Position numbers and translations under genes: made by a program. This document shows positions 25,529-34,065 of a stretch of DNA of 52,124 nt, in pieces; position 1 is the first letter of the stretch; every line of letters begins with the position of its first letter. Source of the stretch: a virus. Its lineage: Duplodnaviria > Caudoviricetes. The stretch is taken from positions 1 to 52,124 of IMG/VR virus record IMGVR_UViG_3300027769_000041; one strand, written 5' to 3'. The notes beneath the pieces are model-generated. The model was not told where the DNA came from. It saw only the letters and a list, made by a program, of their open reading frames with translations, and searched no databases.

Positions 25529-25708
25529 ATGGAGATCGTAATTAAACGTCGTGAACAGTATGGGTCAGAGAGGTTCTATCCCGAGTGTCCGAAGGCTGCG
25601 CTATTGGCAAGGCTCGCACACCGTAGAACTTTTACCCGGACAGAATTGTTTCTGATTAAGGAACTTGGTTACAAGATCGTGGTCAAACAGGAAGAGGTAG
25701 TGATATGA
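25529..25708 (+). CDS. Small hypothetical protein
   Basis: YG..RFYP.C..A..LA.L....T.T......IK.LGY; GAGG RBS. Confidence 0.65.
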   Translation: MEIVIKRREQYGSERFYPECPKAALLARLAHRRTFTRTELFLIKELGYKIVVKQEEVVI

Positions 25709-26901
25709 ACTTGGCTGAAAGAATCGTAGACATTGAGACGCGCCTGAAGAAGGCGAATATCAAACTGATCCGTCACCCCGAGACTTGCTTGTACGGCGGT
25801 GTCATCCTGATGGGTGAGACTTCCATCGTTGACGACGAGAAGCAATGTCCGACTGCGTACACGGATGGGTATAACAAGCGATACGGCAGAAAGTTTCTAG
25901 AGAAGCTGTCTGATCAAGAGATCGCGGGTCTTGTGCTGCACGAAACCTTGCACGTCATGCTGAAGCACATCCCACGTCACCGTGACTTGATGAAGGAGAA
26001 CAGCAGACTGTCGAACATTGCGATGGACTACGTGGTTAACGACATCATCGTGGAGATCGGCAAGAAGTTTCCGACGTTACTCGCTCTGCCCAAGGGTGGA
26101 TGCTATGACCCGATGTTCCACAATTGGTCGGTGCGTCGTGTGTATGAGTATCTGAAGAAAGAGATGCAGTCGGGACGTGGCGGCGGTCGCCCGCAGACTG
26201 CGCTTGATGAGCATGACGGCGAGTCTATGGAGGGTATGACTGTCGAACAGGTTGAGGAGGTTGGTCGCAAGATCGACGAGGCGATACACCAAGGCGGTAT
26301 GTTGGCCGGTCGGTTCGGTGCGAAGATCCCCCGTGTCATCGAAGACTTGATGCAGCCAGACATTGACTGGCGCGAGGTACTCCAAGACTTTTGGACATCG
26401 AACGTACGTGGCAAGGATGAGTTTACGTGGCGGCGGTTCAATAAGAATCGTTTGGCCGATGACTACTACCTGCCTAGTACGGTTAACGAAACAATCGGTG
26501 AGGTGATCCTCGCTATCGACACGTCAGGCTCTATCGGTAACGCAGACATTGCCAAGGTTGCGTCACGTGTTGCTGAGTTGTGCGAGACGCTGCCGCCTGA
26601 TCGTGTTCGCGTGTTGTGGTGGGACACCGAGGTGCATGGCGAGCAGGTGTTCGAGGGTAACTATGCGGGTATCGCGTCGATGCTCAAGCCGATGGGCGGT
26701 GGTGGTACACGAGCTACGTGCGTCAGTGAGTACATCATTAAGAACAATCTTAATGCTGATTGTATGGTGGTGTTTACTGATGGTCACTTGGAGTCGAGCG
26801 TTAAGTGGGACACAGCGATACCTACGGTGTGGCTGATCACTGAGAACGGACACCAAGCGTTCGATCCGCCGAAGGGTCAGAAGGTTATTGTCAAAGCGTA
26901 A
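25705..26901 (+). CDS. DUF2201-type metallopeptidase plus vWA domain protein
   Basis: TAYTDG, HExxH (LHETLH), NIAMDYVVN; MIDAS DTSGS, GGGGT, VFTDG. Confidence 0.88.
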   Translation: MNLAERIVDIETRLKKANIKLIRHPETCLYGGVILMGETSIVDDEKQCPTAYTDGYNKRYGRKFLEKLSDQEIAGLVLHETLHVMLKHIPRHRDLMKENSRLSNIAMDYVVNDIIVEIGKKFPTLLALPKGGCYDPMFHNWSVRRVYEYLKKEMQSGRGGGRPQTALDEHDGESMEGMTVEQVEEVGRKIDEAIHQGGMLAGRFGAKIPRVIEDLMQPDIDWREVLQDFWTSNVRGKDEFTWRRFNKNRLADDYYLPSTVNETIGEVILAIDTSGSIGNADIAKVASRVAELCETLPPDRVRVLWWDTEVHGEQVFEGNYAGIASMLKPMGGGGTRATCVSEYIIKNNLNADCMVVFTDGHLESSVKWDTAIPTVWLITENGHQAFDPPKGQKVIVKA

Positions 26902-26913
26902 GGAGGTAGCGAG

Positions 26914-27168
26914 ATGAAAGTTACATTTGTGGTCTACGACCATCAGAACAATTCAATAAGTTTGGTAAAGAGTGATGTGAAGGGTAATAAACCTAGCGTG
27001 GATGCGTGGGAACACGCAGCGAAAGAAGCGAAGGATAAAATCGCACACATAGGAGACAAGAGACTCTCTGCATGGGTGGGTAAGAAGTATAACGGTACGT
27101 ACTCAATCTCATCCGTACTGAAAGGTTGGGTGAACTTTGAAGACCGCGCCCCGATTGAGTTGGGTTAG
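26914..27168 (+). CDS. Hypothetical protein
   Basis: 84 aa; AGGAGG RBS. Confidence 0.65.
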   Translation: MKVTFVVYDHQNNSISLVKSDVKGNKPSVDAWEHAAKEAKDKIAHIGDKRLSAWVGKKYNGTYSISSVLKGWVNFEDRAPIELG

Positions 27169-27179
27169 GAGATAGTGAG

Positions 27180-27380
27180 ATGTACGAAGAAACTAATATG
27201 CAAGAAGTGGTCAAGCACGTTCGTGCCTTGGAGGAAATGGGTTGTGCCGTCGTGGTGTTCACACCCGAGGAGTTGCTAGATGCAGATCCGGACAAGTTAA
27301 AGGATCGTTTGATTGAGTTGGGAAATGAAATCATTGACGATATGTCGTGGATGAACAGAGAGATGGACGATGAAGACTAA
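27180..27380 (+). CDS. Hypothetical protein
   Basis: G.AVVVFTPEEL motif; AGGAG RBS. Confidence 0.65.
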   Translation: MYEETNMQEVVKHVRALEEMGCAVVVFTPEELLDADPDKLKDRLIELGNEIIDDMSWMNREMDDED

Positions 27381-27549
27381 GGAGGAAGAGTTAATTCCAC
27401 CCCCTGACTTCAAGCGTACACACGTGACTAATTATGTATTGGAGCAGGACAGGAAGACACTCGCACGCATCGAGCAGTCGAGGAAGATGCGTGAGGATAT
27501 GAAAGTTTTAAAGATTAAAGATGCAAGCAACGAGACTGGAGGTAACTAA
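27370..27549 (+). CDS. Hypothetical protein (59 aa)
   Basis: Below cutoff. MKTKEEELIPPPDFKRTHV...ETGGN; fills the gap. Confidence 0.45.
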   Translation: MKTKEEELIPPPDFKRTHVTNYVLEQDRKTLARIEQSRKMREDMKVLKIKDASNETGGN

Positions 27550-27550
27550 A

Positions 27551-28612
27551 GTGGGTAAGCAGAATCGTATAACGTTTAACGTTAATGATTTGTTCTTGGA
27601 AGGGCAGAACGATGCAGATACGCGGGGGAAGTTTATTCGCTCGCCGTTGTTTGGTATCGCTGTCAATCTGTACAACCGAGCCAAGACACTCAAGAACCTA
27701 GACCTGCGCGTTGGGTTCATTGAGATGGGGACATTCCTCAATGGTGAGGCTGTCATTAAAGTTAATCTTGTTACGCCTACGGGTATCCCGGTGGCAGTGA
27801 TAAGTAACACCAACCTTGTGTACTCTACTATCGGATTTCATACATACAGTTCACACACCGAAACCCCCGAGGGTGCGTACCGTCAGTTGTCGAGTTCAAA
27901 TCCTAAATATGTGCAGAGTAAAGTTTCGGTAAAGTCTGAGCATGATGCAGCACAGGCGTTCGATAGCGCACTTGTATCAGCACATAACTTCTTAGATAAC
28001 TACCTGCGCGGCATCTTAGATAGCATAGTCGATCAAATAAGCGATGATCGGTTTACCGGTCGTCCCCTCATGTCTACTAGCAAGCTGACCGATGAGGCTG
28101 TGACATTCTTAGCGAAGGTCTACGCAGGTAAGTGTACGTTTGCCGAGATGCCGTTGGATATGAGGGCATTACTTGATCATAACTTGAAAAAGTATGACGA
28201 GCGGTGCGACAAGTTCAACAATGCTATACAGAAGTCCGTCGAGTTCATGGACAGCGACAAGTGGATATTTATACCCGGTATGAACAGGGGTGTAGTGATG
28301 GCTTGCGTCTCCCCCGATGGCATGACCGAGGCGTTGACCAAGTACCGTGACGGGCAATACCTGCCGAATATCCCTGCGTTCAAGTACGCACGTGAGGTGA
28401 TCCCATGCAAGTGGTATCCGTCGTTTGAGGATATCCCTGATGATTACCGCAAGGGTCTTGAGTTCTCAATGATGATGCTGAAGACGCATCGTAACTCCAA
28501 CGACCTGCTGCCGAAGGAATGTCAAGGAGGGAAATTCTTTACTGAGATGGGCTGTTACTCACAAACAGGTTGGAGTCCGGGGAGCGTAGATGTCCATATC
28601 CTTTCCCGCTAG
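27551..28612 (+). CDS. Hypothetical protein
   Basis: Long ORF; start moved to the GTG after GGAGGT; no motif recognised. Confidence 0.7.
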   Translation: MGKQNRITFNVNDLFLEGQNDADTRGKFIRSPLFGIAVNLYNRAKTLKNLDLRVGFIEMGTFLNGEAVIKVNLVTPTGIPVAVISNTNLVYSTIGFHTYSSHTETPEGAYRQLSSSNPKYVQSKVSVKSEHDAAQAFDSALVSAHNFLDNYLRGILDSIVDQISDDRFTGRPLMSTSKLTDEAVTFLAKVYAGKCTFAEMPLDMRALLDHNLKKYDERCDKFNNAIQKSVEFMDSDKWIFIPGMNRGVVMACVSPDGMTEALTKYRDGQYLPNIPAFKYAREVIPCKWYPSFEDIPDDYRKGLEFSMMMLKTHRNSNDLLPKECQGGKFFTEMGCYSQTGWSPGSVDVHILSR

Positions 28613-28958
28613 TCCAATTCGCTGCGCGTATACCGCCGACGAATACGGTAAGAAGTACTTGGTGTACATGAGACGTGATGACGACGGAGTGTTTGTGGTT
28701 AGTGTGGGTAAAGATTATTTCAAGAGATATCTAACGTTGGACACAATGCCCGACGAGATAAAGATGTGTCTCGCTATGATTCATGCCTACGATTGGAGTA
28801 AGTACCCAAACGCTCCGCCACAGTCTCACCATCCTGATTACCCGGAGCAGTTACGTGATACCGGGTGGATGACATCGCCCAAAGAGTACACAGTAGTTTT
28901 GTCGGATAAAACTTTAAATGAACTACGGGGTGACGCAGCGTATCAAATGATACGCTGA
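28590..28958 (+). CDS. Hypothetical protein
   Basis: 122 aa; GGAG RBS. Confidence 0.65.
   Translation: MSISFPASPIRCAYTADEYGKKYLVYMRRDDDGVFVVSVGKDYFKRYLTLDTMPDEIKMCLAMIHAYDWSKYPNAPPQSHHPDYPEQLRDTGWMTSPKEYTVVLSDKTLNELRGDAAYQMIR
28939..28954. promoter_or_regulatory. 16-bp palindrome copy 7 (extends to CAG...CTG, 28936-28957)
   Basis: CAGCGTATCAAATGATACGCTG, directly before the AGGAGG RBS of the VRR-NUC gene. Confidence 0.75.
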
Positions 28959-28968
28959 AGGAGGAACC

Positions 28969-29277
28969 ATGACACCCGAGGCCAAGGTTAAAAAGAAAGT
29001 TAAAGAGATCCTCAAAGATCTCGGCGCGTACTACACGATGCCAGTTACAGGGGGATACGGAAACAGCGGCGCACCAGATTTTATTATTTGTATCGCCGGT
29101 TTGTTTTATGGTATAGAGTGTAAAGCAAACGGTGGGAAAGCCACCGCACTTCAGTTGAAGAACCACGATGACATACGTAAAGCCGGTGGCATCGCAATCA
29201 TAGTTGATGAAACAAACGTAGAGAACCTACGCAAGGAGTTATTAAGTTATGTCGAAAGCAAAAGTAAACAAGTCTGA
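28969..29277 (+). CDS. VRR-NUC domain nuclease (Holliday junction resolvase-like)
   Basis: MTPE.KVK...G.PD...IECKA......LQ......I..AGG. Confidence 0.88.
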   Translation: MTPEAKVKKKVKEILKDLGAYYTMPVTGGYGNSGAPDFIICIAGLFYGIECKANGGKATALQLKNHDDIRKAGGIAIIVDETNVENLRKELLSYVESKSKQV

Positions 29278-29695
29278 AATCATCCGTAAAATGTACGATG
29301 ACGGTAAGACTCCACAACAGATCGAAGCCGCTACTCGTTACAGCAAGCCGCTGATCAACATCGTGCTGCGTAACTACAAGGCCAAGCAGAAGGTCAGGAA
29401 GTCTAAGATCCTTGAGGCCGTGAAAGAAATGCACAAGGCGTTGGATGTGGTTGATCCGAAGCTTTACATGAAGGCGGCGTTTGAGAAGCCGGATTTCGTG
29501 AACCATCCTCCGCACTACCGAGTCGGTGGCGTTGAGACAATCGACTTCATCGAAGCCAAAGATCTTAATTACCGATTGGGCAACGTGGTCAAGTATGTGA
29601 GCCGCGCAGGTAAGAAGTCTTCCGATCCGGTGCAGGATCTTGAGAAGGCTGCGTGGTACTTGCAGCGTGAGATCACGGCGAGGAAGGGTGCATGA
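29249..29695 (+). CDS. DUF3310 (SaV-like) protein with N-terminal HTH-like segment
   Basis: VNHPPHY..GG.ETIDFI...GNVVKYVSRAGKK....DLEKA.WYL. Confidence 0.85.
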   Translation: MSKAKVNKSEIIRKMYDDGKTPQQIEAATRYSKPLINIVLRNYKAKQKVRKSKILEAVKEMHKALDVVDPKLYMKAAFEKPDFVNHPPHYRVGGVETIDFIEAKDLNYRLGNVVKYVSRAGKKSSDPVQDLEKAAWYLQREITARKGA

Positions 29696-29808
29696 TCCGT
29701 TGGCTAATAAATTTCTTTATGAGACGCGATGAGTATCGTCGCAAAGAGTGGGGGCGGGTTCCGCCCCCCGAGTGGGCAGCTAAACGTGGTGGGAGGGATT
29801 ACTGGTGA
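29692..29808 (+). CDS. Small hypothetical protein (38 aa)
   Basis: MIRWLINFFMRRDEYRRKEWGRVPPPEWAAKRGGRDYW; 4-nt overlaps at both ends. Confidence 0.45.
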   Translation: MIRWLINFFMRRDEYRRKEWGRVPPPEWAAKRGGRDYW

Positions 29809-29984
29809 AGGACAGCGAATACATAGACAGTTTGAGAAAGGAAAACGCAAGGCTAGTGAATAAGATCATTGATATGGAAGCTGACTTTGCTCATGAACGT
29901 GGGCGAGCGTTGGCCGCTGAAGTCGTCTTGTGTTTGGGTGCATTTCTACTTGGGTATGCGGTGGCAATATGGGTAGGCGTGTAG
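29805..29984 (+). CDS. Small protein with C-terminal TM helix (59 aa)
   Basis: GTG start after GGAGG; coiled coil followed by VVLCLGAFLLGYAVAIWVGV. Confidence 0.5.
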   Translation: MKDSEYIDSLRKENARLVNKIIDMEADFAHERGRALAAEVVLCLGAFLLGYAVAIWVGV

Positions 29985-30289
29985 GCGTTTATACAAAGCC
30001 GACTAGGTTCAACCTGACTCTTACCTTTGAGCAGTACAAGTTTTTGCTGAAGCGTAAGGAATACGCGCAGAAGTACGGTGAGCGGGTCAAGTACAAGGAT
30101 CTAGTCAAAGAGTGGGGCGTCAAGCAGTACTTTATGGCAACGGCGATGTCCCGAGGTATCAAGCAGTACGACTACCGGATATGGAAGGAAGAGCAAAATG
30201 CCAAGCAGAATCGAGATTCCGTCGCGGGACTTCATCAAGGCCGTAGCCAAAAGGTCAAGGTTATTTATGTCCAGCCCGGATCGTATTGA
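29969..30289 (+). CDS. Hypothetical basic protein
   Basis: ORF from an internal ATG; K/R/Y-rich. Confidence 0.55.
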   Translation: MGRRVGVYTKPTRFNLTLTFEQYKFLLKRKEYAQKYGERVKYKDLVKEWGVKQYFMATAMSRGIKQYDYRIWKEEQNAKQNRDSVAGLHQGRSQKVKVIYVQPGSY

Positions 30290-30416
30290 GGCTGCTGAGA
30301 AGTTCTTTACCTTTGCCTACCGAGCCGGTGTGATGAACGAGGCCAAGCGGCAGGAAGATGTGATTAGGAAGTTGCAGCAACAACTACGGGAGGTGAGACA
30401 TGAAGATCGTAGATGA
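30198..30416 (+). CDS. Hypothetical protein
   Basis: 72 aa in a tightly packed operon. Confidence 0.55.
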   Translation: MPSRIEIPSRDFIKAVAKRSRLFMSSPDRIEAAEKFFTFAYRAGVMNEAKRQEDVIRKLQQQLREVRHEDRR

Positions 30417-30609
30417 CGAGTCCCCTCCGGGGGCGTGGAAGGACGAGATGAAAGCCGCCCCGTGGGGCTATGGGCAGAGTCAACTCCAAAAAGTTGAACA
30501 CGCCATAAATAATGTACGTAAGGCGGGATTATGGGATGAGGCTCATATTTTAGCCTTAGAAATCAGGACGTTACGAATGGAAATTGAGAACATGATGGAC
30601 TTGAAGTGA
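30400..30609 (+). CDS. Hypothetical protein
   Basis: GGAGG RBS; DDESPPGAW...PWGYGQ. Confidence 0.6.
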   Translation: MKIVDDESPPGAWKDEMKAAPWGYGQSQLQKVEHAINNVRKAGLWDEAHILALEIRTLRMEIENMMDLK

Positions 30610-30636
30610 CATCTTTGAGGGGTAAAATCCTATCCC

Positions 30637-31062
30637 ATGAAGATCACTTACCGACAAATTGATGCTTCAGATCCGGGCAACAAGAGACTGCTCAAGATAA
30701 TGCAGAAGTCTTGTCTCCCGGCGGATAGTCTGTATTTCCCCGAGGACGGGGTGTGGTGGGCCGCCTATCACAAAGACTTACCGGTAGCGTTTAGTTGTCT
30801 GTCTCCATCACAACAGATAGAGGATGGTATTTATTTAGGTCGTTGCGGTGTTATCAAAGCGTACCGAGGTCACGGGATACAGCGTCGGATGATTCGTTTA
30901 AGACTTCAATGGGCGAAGAGGCACGGGTATAGATGGGCTGTGTCGGATACCACTGACAACATGAACAGTGCTAACAACTTGATTATATGTGGGTTCCTGA
31001 TATATACCCCGAAGGTTCCATACTCGTTTGCAAAAGCGTTGTACTGGAGGAAAAGACTTTAG
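30637..31062 (+). CDS. GNAT family N-acetyltransferase
   Basis: Acetyl-CoA motif A GV..AYRGHGIQRRMI and motif B N..SANNL..CGF. Confidence 0.85.
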   Translation: MKITYRQIDASDPGNKRLLKIMQKSCLPADSLYFPEDGVWWAAYHKDLPVAFSCLSPSQQIEDGIYLGRCGVIKAYRGHGIQRRMIRLRLQWAKRHGYRWAVSDTTDNMNSANNLIICGFLIYTPKVPYSFAKALYWRKRL

Positions 31063-31071
31063 GGGGTATCG

Positions 31072-31445
31072 TGTTCAAGGATCCGGTTGTACGCAAAGCG
31101 AAGCAGAAACTTTATTCAAAAAGGTATTACGAGAAGAACCGTAAGAGCATCATCAAAAAAGCTAAGACGTACAAAGACAGAGCGAGACAAGAGTGGGTAG
31201 CGTATAAGTCGAAGCAGCGTTGCAGTTACTGCCGTAAGAAGCACCCTGCTATCATCGACTTTCACCACGTTATCAAGCGAGAGAAGAGGTCGGTCAATTA
31301 CTTGGCCGTGAAACAGTCGAACGTACAAGAGGCAATCAAAGAGGCGGAAGAGAAGTGCATCCCTCTCTGCGCCAATTGCCATCGGATATTACATTGGGAT
31401 GCGACACGCGAAGAGATGCGTAGGAGACGTAAAAAGTGGAAATAG
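31072..31445 (+). CDS. HNH endonuclease
   Basis: CSYC......IDFHH...KCIPLCANCHRILH. Confidence 0.8.
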
Positions 31446-31648
31446 AAGATGACATCTTGGACTTGATCCGTGCGTTGCCGAACGAGATCAACGACACATC
31501 AACTACAACAGAGATGAAGTTCTTAACGGTGGGGAGCGTGTTGTGGCAATGCCACCACGAAATTAAATATCTTAGATCAGAAATAGCGAGACTGAAGGAT
31601 GACAAGCGTCGTAAAAAGAGAAAGGAGGTGTACCGAGTGCAAACGTAA
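31436..31648 (+). CDS. Hypothetical protein
   Basis: GTG start after GGAG; 70 aa. Confidence 0.55.
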   Translation: MEIEDDILDLIRALPNEINDTSTTTEMKFLTVGSVLWQCHHEIKYLRSEIARLKDDKRRKKRKEVYRVQT

Positions 31649-31787
31649 GTTTGCTACGCCTGAATCATTCAGGTCACATCGGTACTACAGGATCGGCAAT
31701 TGCCGAACAGAAGAAGCGTTAAAGGTAGCGGGTTTTGTCGAGACACCGAAAGGGTGGCTCTACATAAGAGAGGTGGGTAAAAAATGA
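31599..31787 (+). CDS. Small zinc-finger-like protein
   Basis: CTEC...F....SF..HR.....C. Confidence 0.55.
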   Translation: MTSVVKRERRCTECKRKFATPESFRSHRYYRIGNCRTEEALKVAGFVETPKGWLYIREVGKK

Positions 31788-33643
31788 GTTTCGTAACACT
31801 AGACTTTGAGACTTACTATTCTCAACAGTTCAGCTTGAGCCGTATGACTACGGAAGAATACATCCGTAGTCCGTTGTTTGAAGTCATCGGCGTTGCAATG
31901 AAGATCGACGATGACGAGACGATGTGGTTCAGCGGCACAAAGGCAGAGATCAAGGCGTGGCTGAATCAGGTGGATTGGAGTACGTCTGCCCTGCTGTGCC
32001 ACAACACGATGTTCGATGGCGGGATACTTTCTTTCGTATTCGACATCACCCCTGCATATTATTTCGACACGCTGTGCATGGCTCGGGCGAAGCATGGCGT
32101 TGACGTAAGTGGGTCATTGGCAAACTTGGTGAAGATGTATGGGCTTGGACAGAAAGGTACGGAAGTCATCGACGCCCTTGGGAAACGTCGGCAAGATTTT
32201 TCTCCTGCTGATTTGTATCGTTATGGGGATTACTGCATTAACGATGTCAATCTTACTTTCAAGTTGTTCAACCTTTTTATCGCGGATCACTTCCCGCAAG
32301 AAGAACTAGACCTGATCGACATGACGTTGCGTATGTACACGCTGCCCGTGCTAGAGGTGGATGACGCGATGTTGGTGACGAGGTTAGAAGAAGTAAAGCA
32401 TGAGAAGAACATTCTCCTCGCCGGACTGAAAGAACAACTGAAGTGCGAGACTGAGGAAGACGTACGCAAGAAGTTGGCAAGCAACCCGCAGTTCGCTGCG
32501 ATCCTGACCGAACTACATATCCCTGTGCCGATGAAGATTAGTCCAACTACCGGTAAGGAAACGTATGCGCTTGCTAAAAACGACGAAGGATTTATTGAGT
32601 TATTAGAACACGACGACCCGTTCATTCAGCAGTTGTGCGGCGTCCGGTTAGGTACGAAGTCCACGTTGGAGGAGTCTCGCATTGAGCGTTTCATCGGTAT
32701 CGGTGCGCGGAACAGCGGCAAACTGCCTATCCCCCTGAAGTATTACGGGGCACACACCGGGCGTTGGGCAGGGTCAGACTCGGTTAACTTTCAGAACCTA
32801 CCAAGCCGTGATAAGAAAAAGAAAACGCTGAAGAACTCCATCAAAGCTCCAGCAGGCCACGTCGTAATCAACTGTGACTCTTCTCAGATTGAGGCGCGTG
32901 TCTTGGCATGGCTCGCAGGACAGGATGATGTCACCCGGCAGTTCGCCAAGGGTGAGGACGTGTACTCAATCTTTGCCTCTAAGATCTATAAGAAGCCAAT
33001 CAGCAAGGCCGATCCGGTCGAGCGGTTCGTCGGTAAGACCTGCATCCTCGGACTAGGTTACGGGACAGGCGCGAAGAAACTTCAGCACACGTTGAAGACA
33101 CAGCCCCCCGGTGCTGACCTGCCTGAAGAAGAGTGCAAGCGTATCGTCGATCTGTACCGTGAGTCGAACCACATGATCACGGACTTGTGGCGCGAGTGTG
33201 ATAGTGCACTACCGCATTTAGGTTCGTGGCCTAGTAAATTAAAGTCTTACACCATAGGCAAGAACGACTGCGTAAAAGTCACCTCTTCGGGAATACTTCT
33301 CCCAAATAAATTGTTTATACGATACCCCGAACTCAGGCTCAGTGATGGCAAGTACATCTACAAGTCTCGCCGAGGTATTACGAGTATATGGGGTGGGGCG
33401 ATGGTTGAGAACATCGTTCAGGCATTGGCTCGCATCATCGTTGGTGAGCAGATGCTGAAGATCCGAGAACGCTACCGCCCTGTGCTGACAGTGCATGACG
33501 CAGCGGTGATCGTCTCGCCAAAAAGTGAATTAGACCAAGCAGTTGCGTTTATAACTGAAGTCATGTCTACTCCCCCTGAATGGGCAAAGGGGCTACCCGT
33601 GGCTTGTGAAGCTAAATACGGAGAGTCCTATGGAGACTGTTGA
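31784..33643 (+). CDS. polA: DNA polymerase family A with 3'-5' exonuclease
   Basis: Exo I LDFET, Exo II HN..FD, Exo III YCINDV; motif A DSSQIEAR, motif B R..GK..ILGLGYG, motif C VHD. Confidence 0.95.
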   Translation: MSFVTLDFETYYSQQFSLSRMTTEEYIRSPLFEVIGVAMKIDDDETMWFSGTKAEIKAWLNQVDWSTSALLCHNTMFDGGILSFVFDITPAYYFDTLCMARAKHGVDVSGSLANLVKMYGLGQKGTEVIDALGKRRQDFSPADLYRYGDYCINDVNLTFKLFNLFIADHFPQEELDLIDMTLRMYTLPVLEVDDAMLVTRLEEVKHEKNILLAGLKEQLKCETEEDVRKKLASNPQFAAILTELHIPVPMKISPTTGKETYALAKNDEGFIELLEHDDPFIQQLCGVRLGTKSTLEESRIERFIGIGARNSGKLPIPLKYYGAHTGRWAGSDSVNFQNLPSRDKKKKTLKNSIKAPAGHVVINCDSSQIEARVLAWLAGQDDVTRQFAKGEDVYSIFASKIYKKPISKADPVERFVGKTCILGLGYGTGAKKLQHTLKTQPPGADLPEEECKRIVDLYRESNHMITDLWRECDSALPHLGSWPSKLKSYTIGKNDCVKVTSSGILLPNKLFIRYPELRLSDGKYIYKSRRGITSIWGGAMVENIVQALARIIVGEQMLKIRERYRPVLTVHDAAVIVSPKSELDQAVAFITEVMSTPPEWAKGLPVACEAKYGESYGDC

Positions 33644-34065
33644 TGTGGCGACCGTACAACGAGACGCAAGAAGACATACATAACGAAAGCCGGGTGGCTC
33701 AGATTCTGAGCCAGAAGTGGAAGACTGAGGTTTTAAAGTTATCTCCCACGCTATACACCGTCGATTGGGCGTTCAGTAGGAACGGGACAGTTACTGCGTT
33801 TGGCGAATACAAGAAGCGCAGTAAGAAGTTCAACGAGATCATGTTGAGCGCGGCTAAGTTGATGAAGATGCAGCAGTTGCATGACTTCACCGGGCTGCCC
33901 GTCCTACTGATCATCGAATGGCCTGACGGGATATGGTATTGGGATATGTCTGCCGACCAATGGCAAGGCGACTTTGTTGTAGCGGGTAATTCAAGAGGTC
34001 AGAACGGGGATACAGAACCTATGGTGATGATCCCGGTCAGTAAGTTTAGGAACATAAATCTGTGA
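33643..34065 (+). CDS. Putative PD-(D/E)xK nuclease-like protein
   Basis: E...VDW...EYKKR pattern; TGATG coupling with the polymerase. Confidence 0.55.
   Translation: MWRPYNETQEDIHNESRVAQILSQKWKTEVLKLSPTLYTVDWAFSRNGTVTAFGEYKKRSKKFNEIMLSAAKLMKMQQLHDFTGLPVLLIIEWPDGIWYWDMSADQWQGDFVVAGNSRGQNGDTEPMVMIPVSKFRNINL

Noticed and set aside
21361-28954. The palindrome as an FNR/CRP site
   Set aside because: Half-sites are in the opposite order (ATCAA then TGAT) with no 4-nt spacer, unlike TTGAT-N4-ATCAA.
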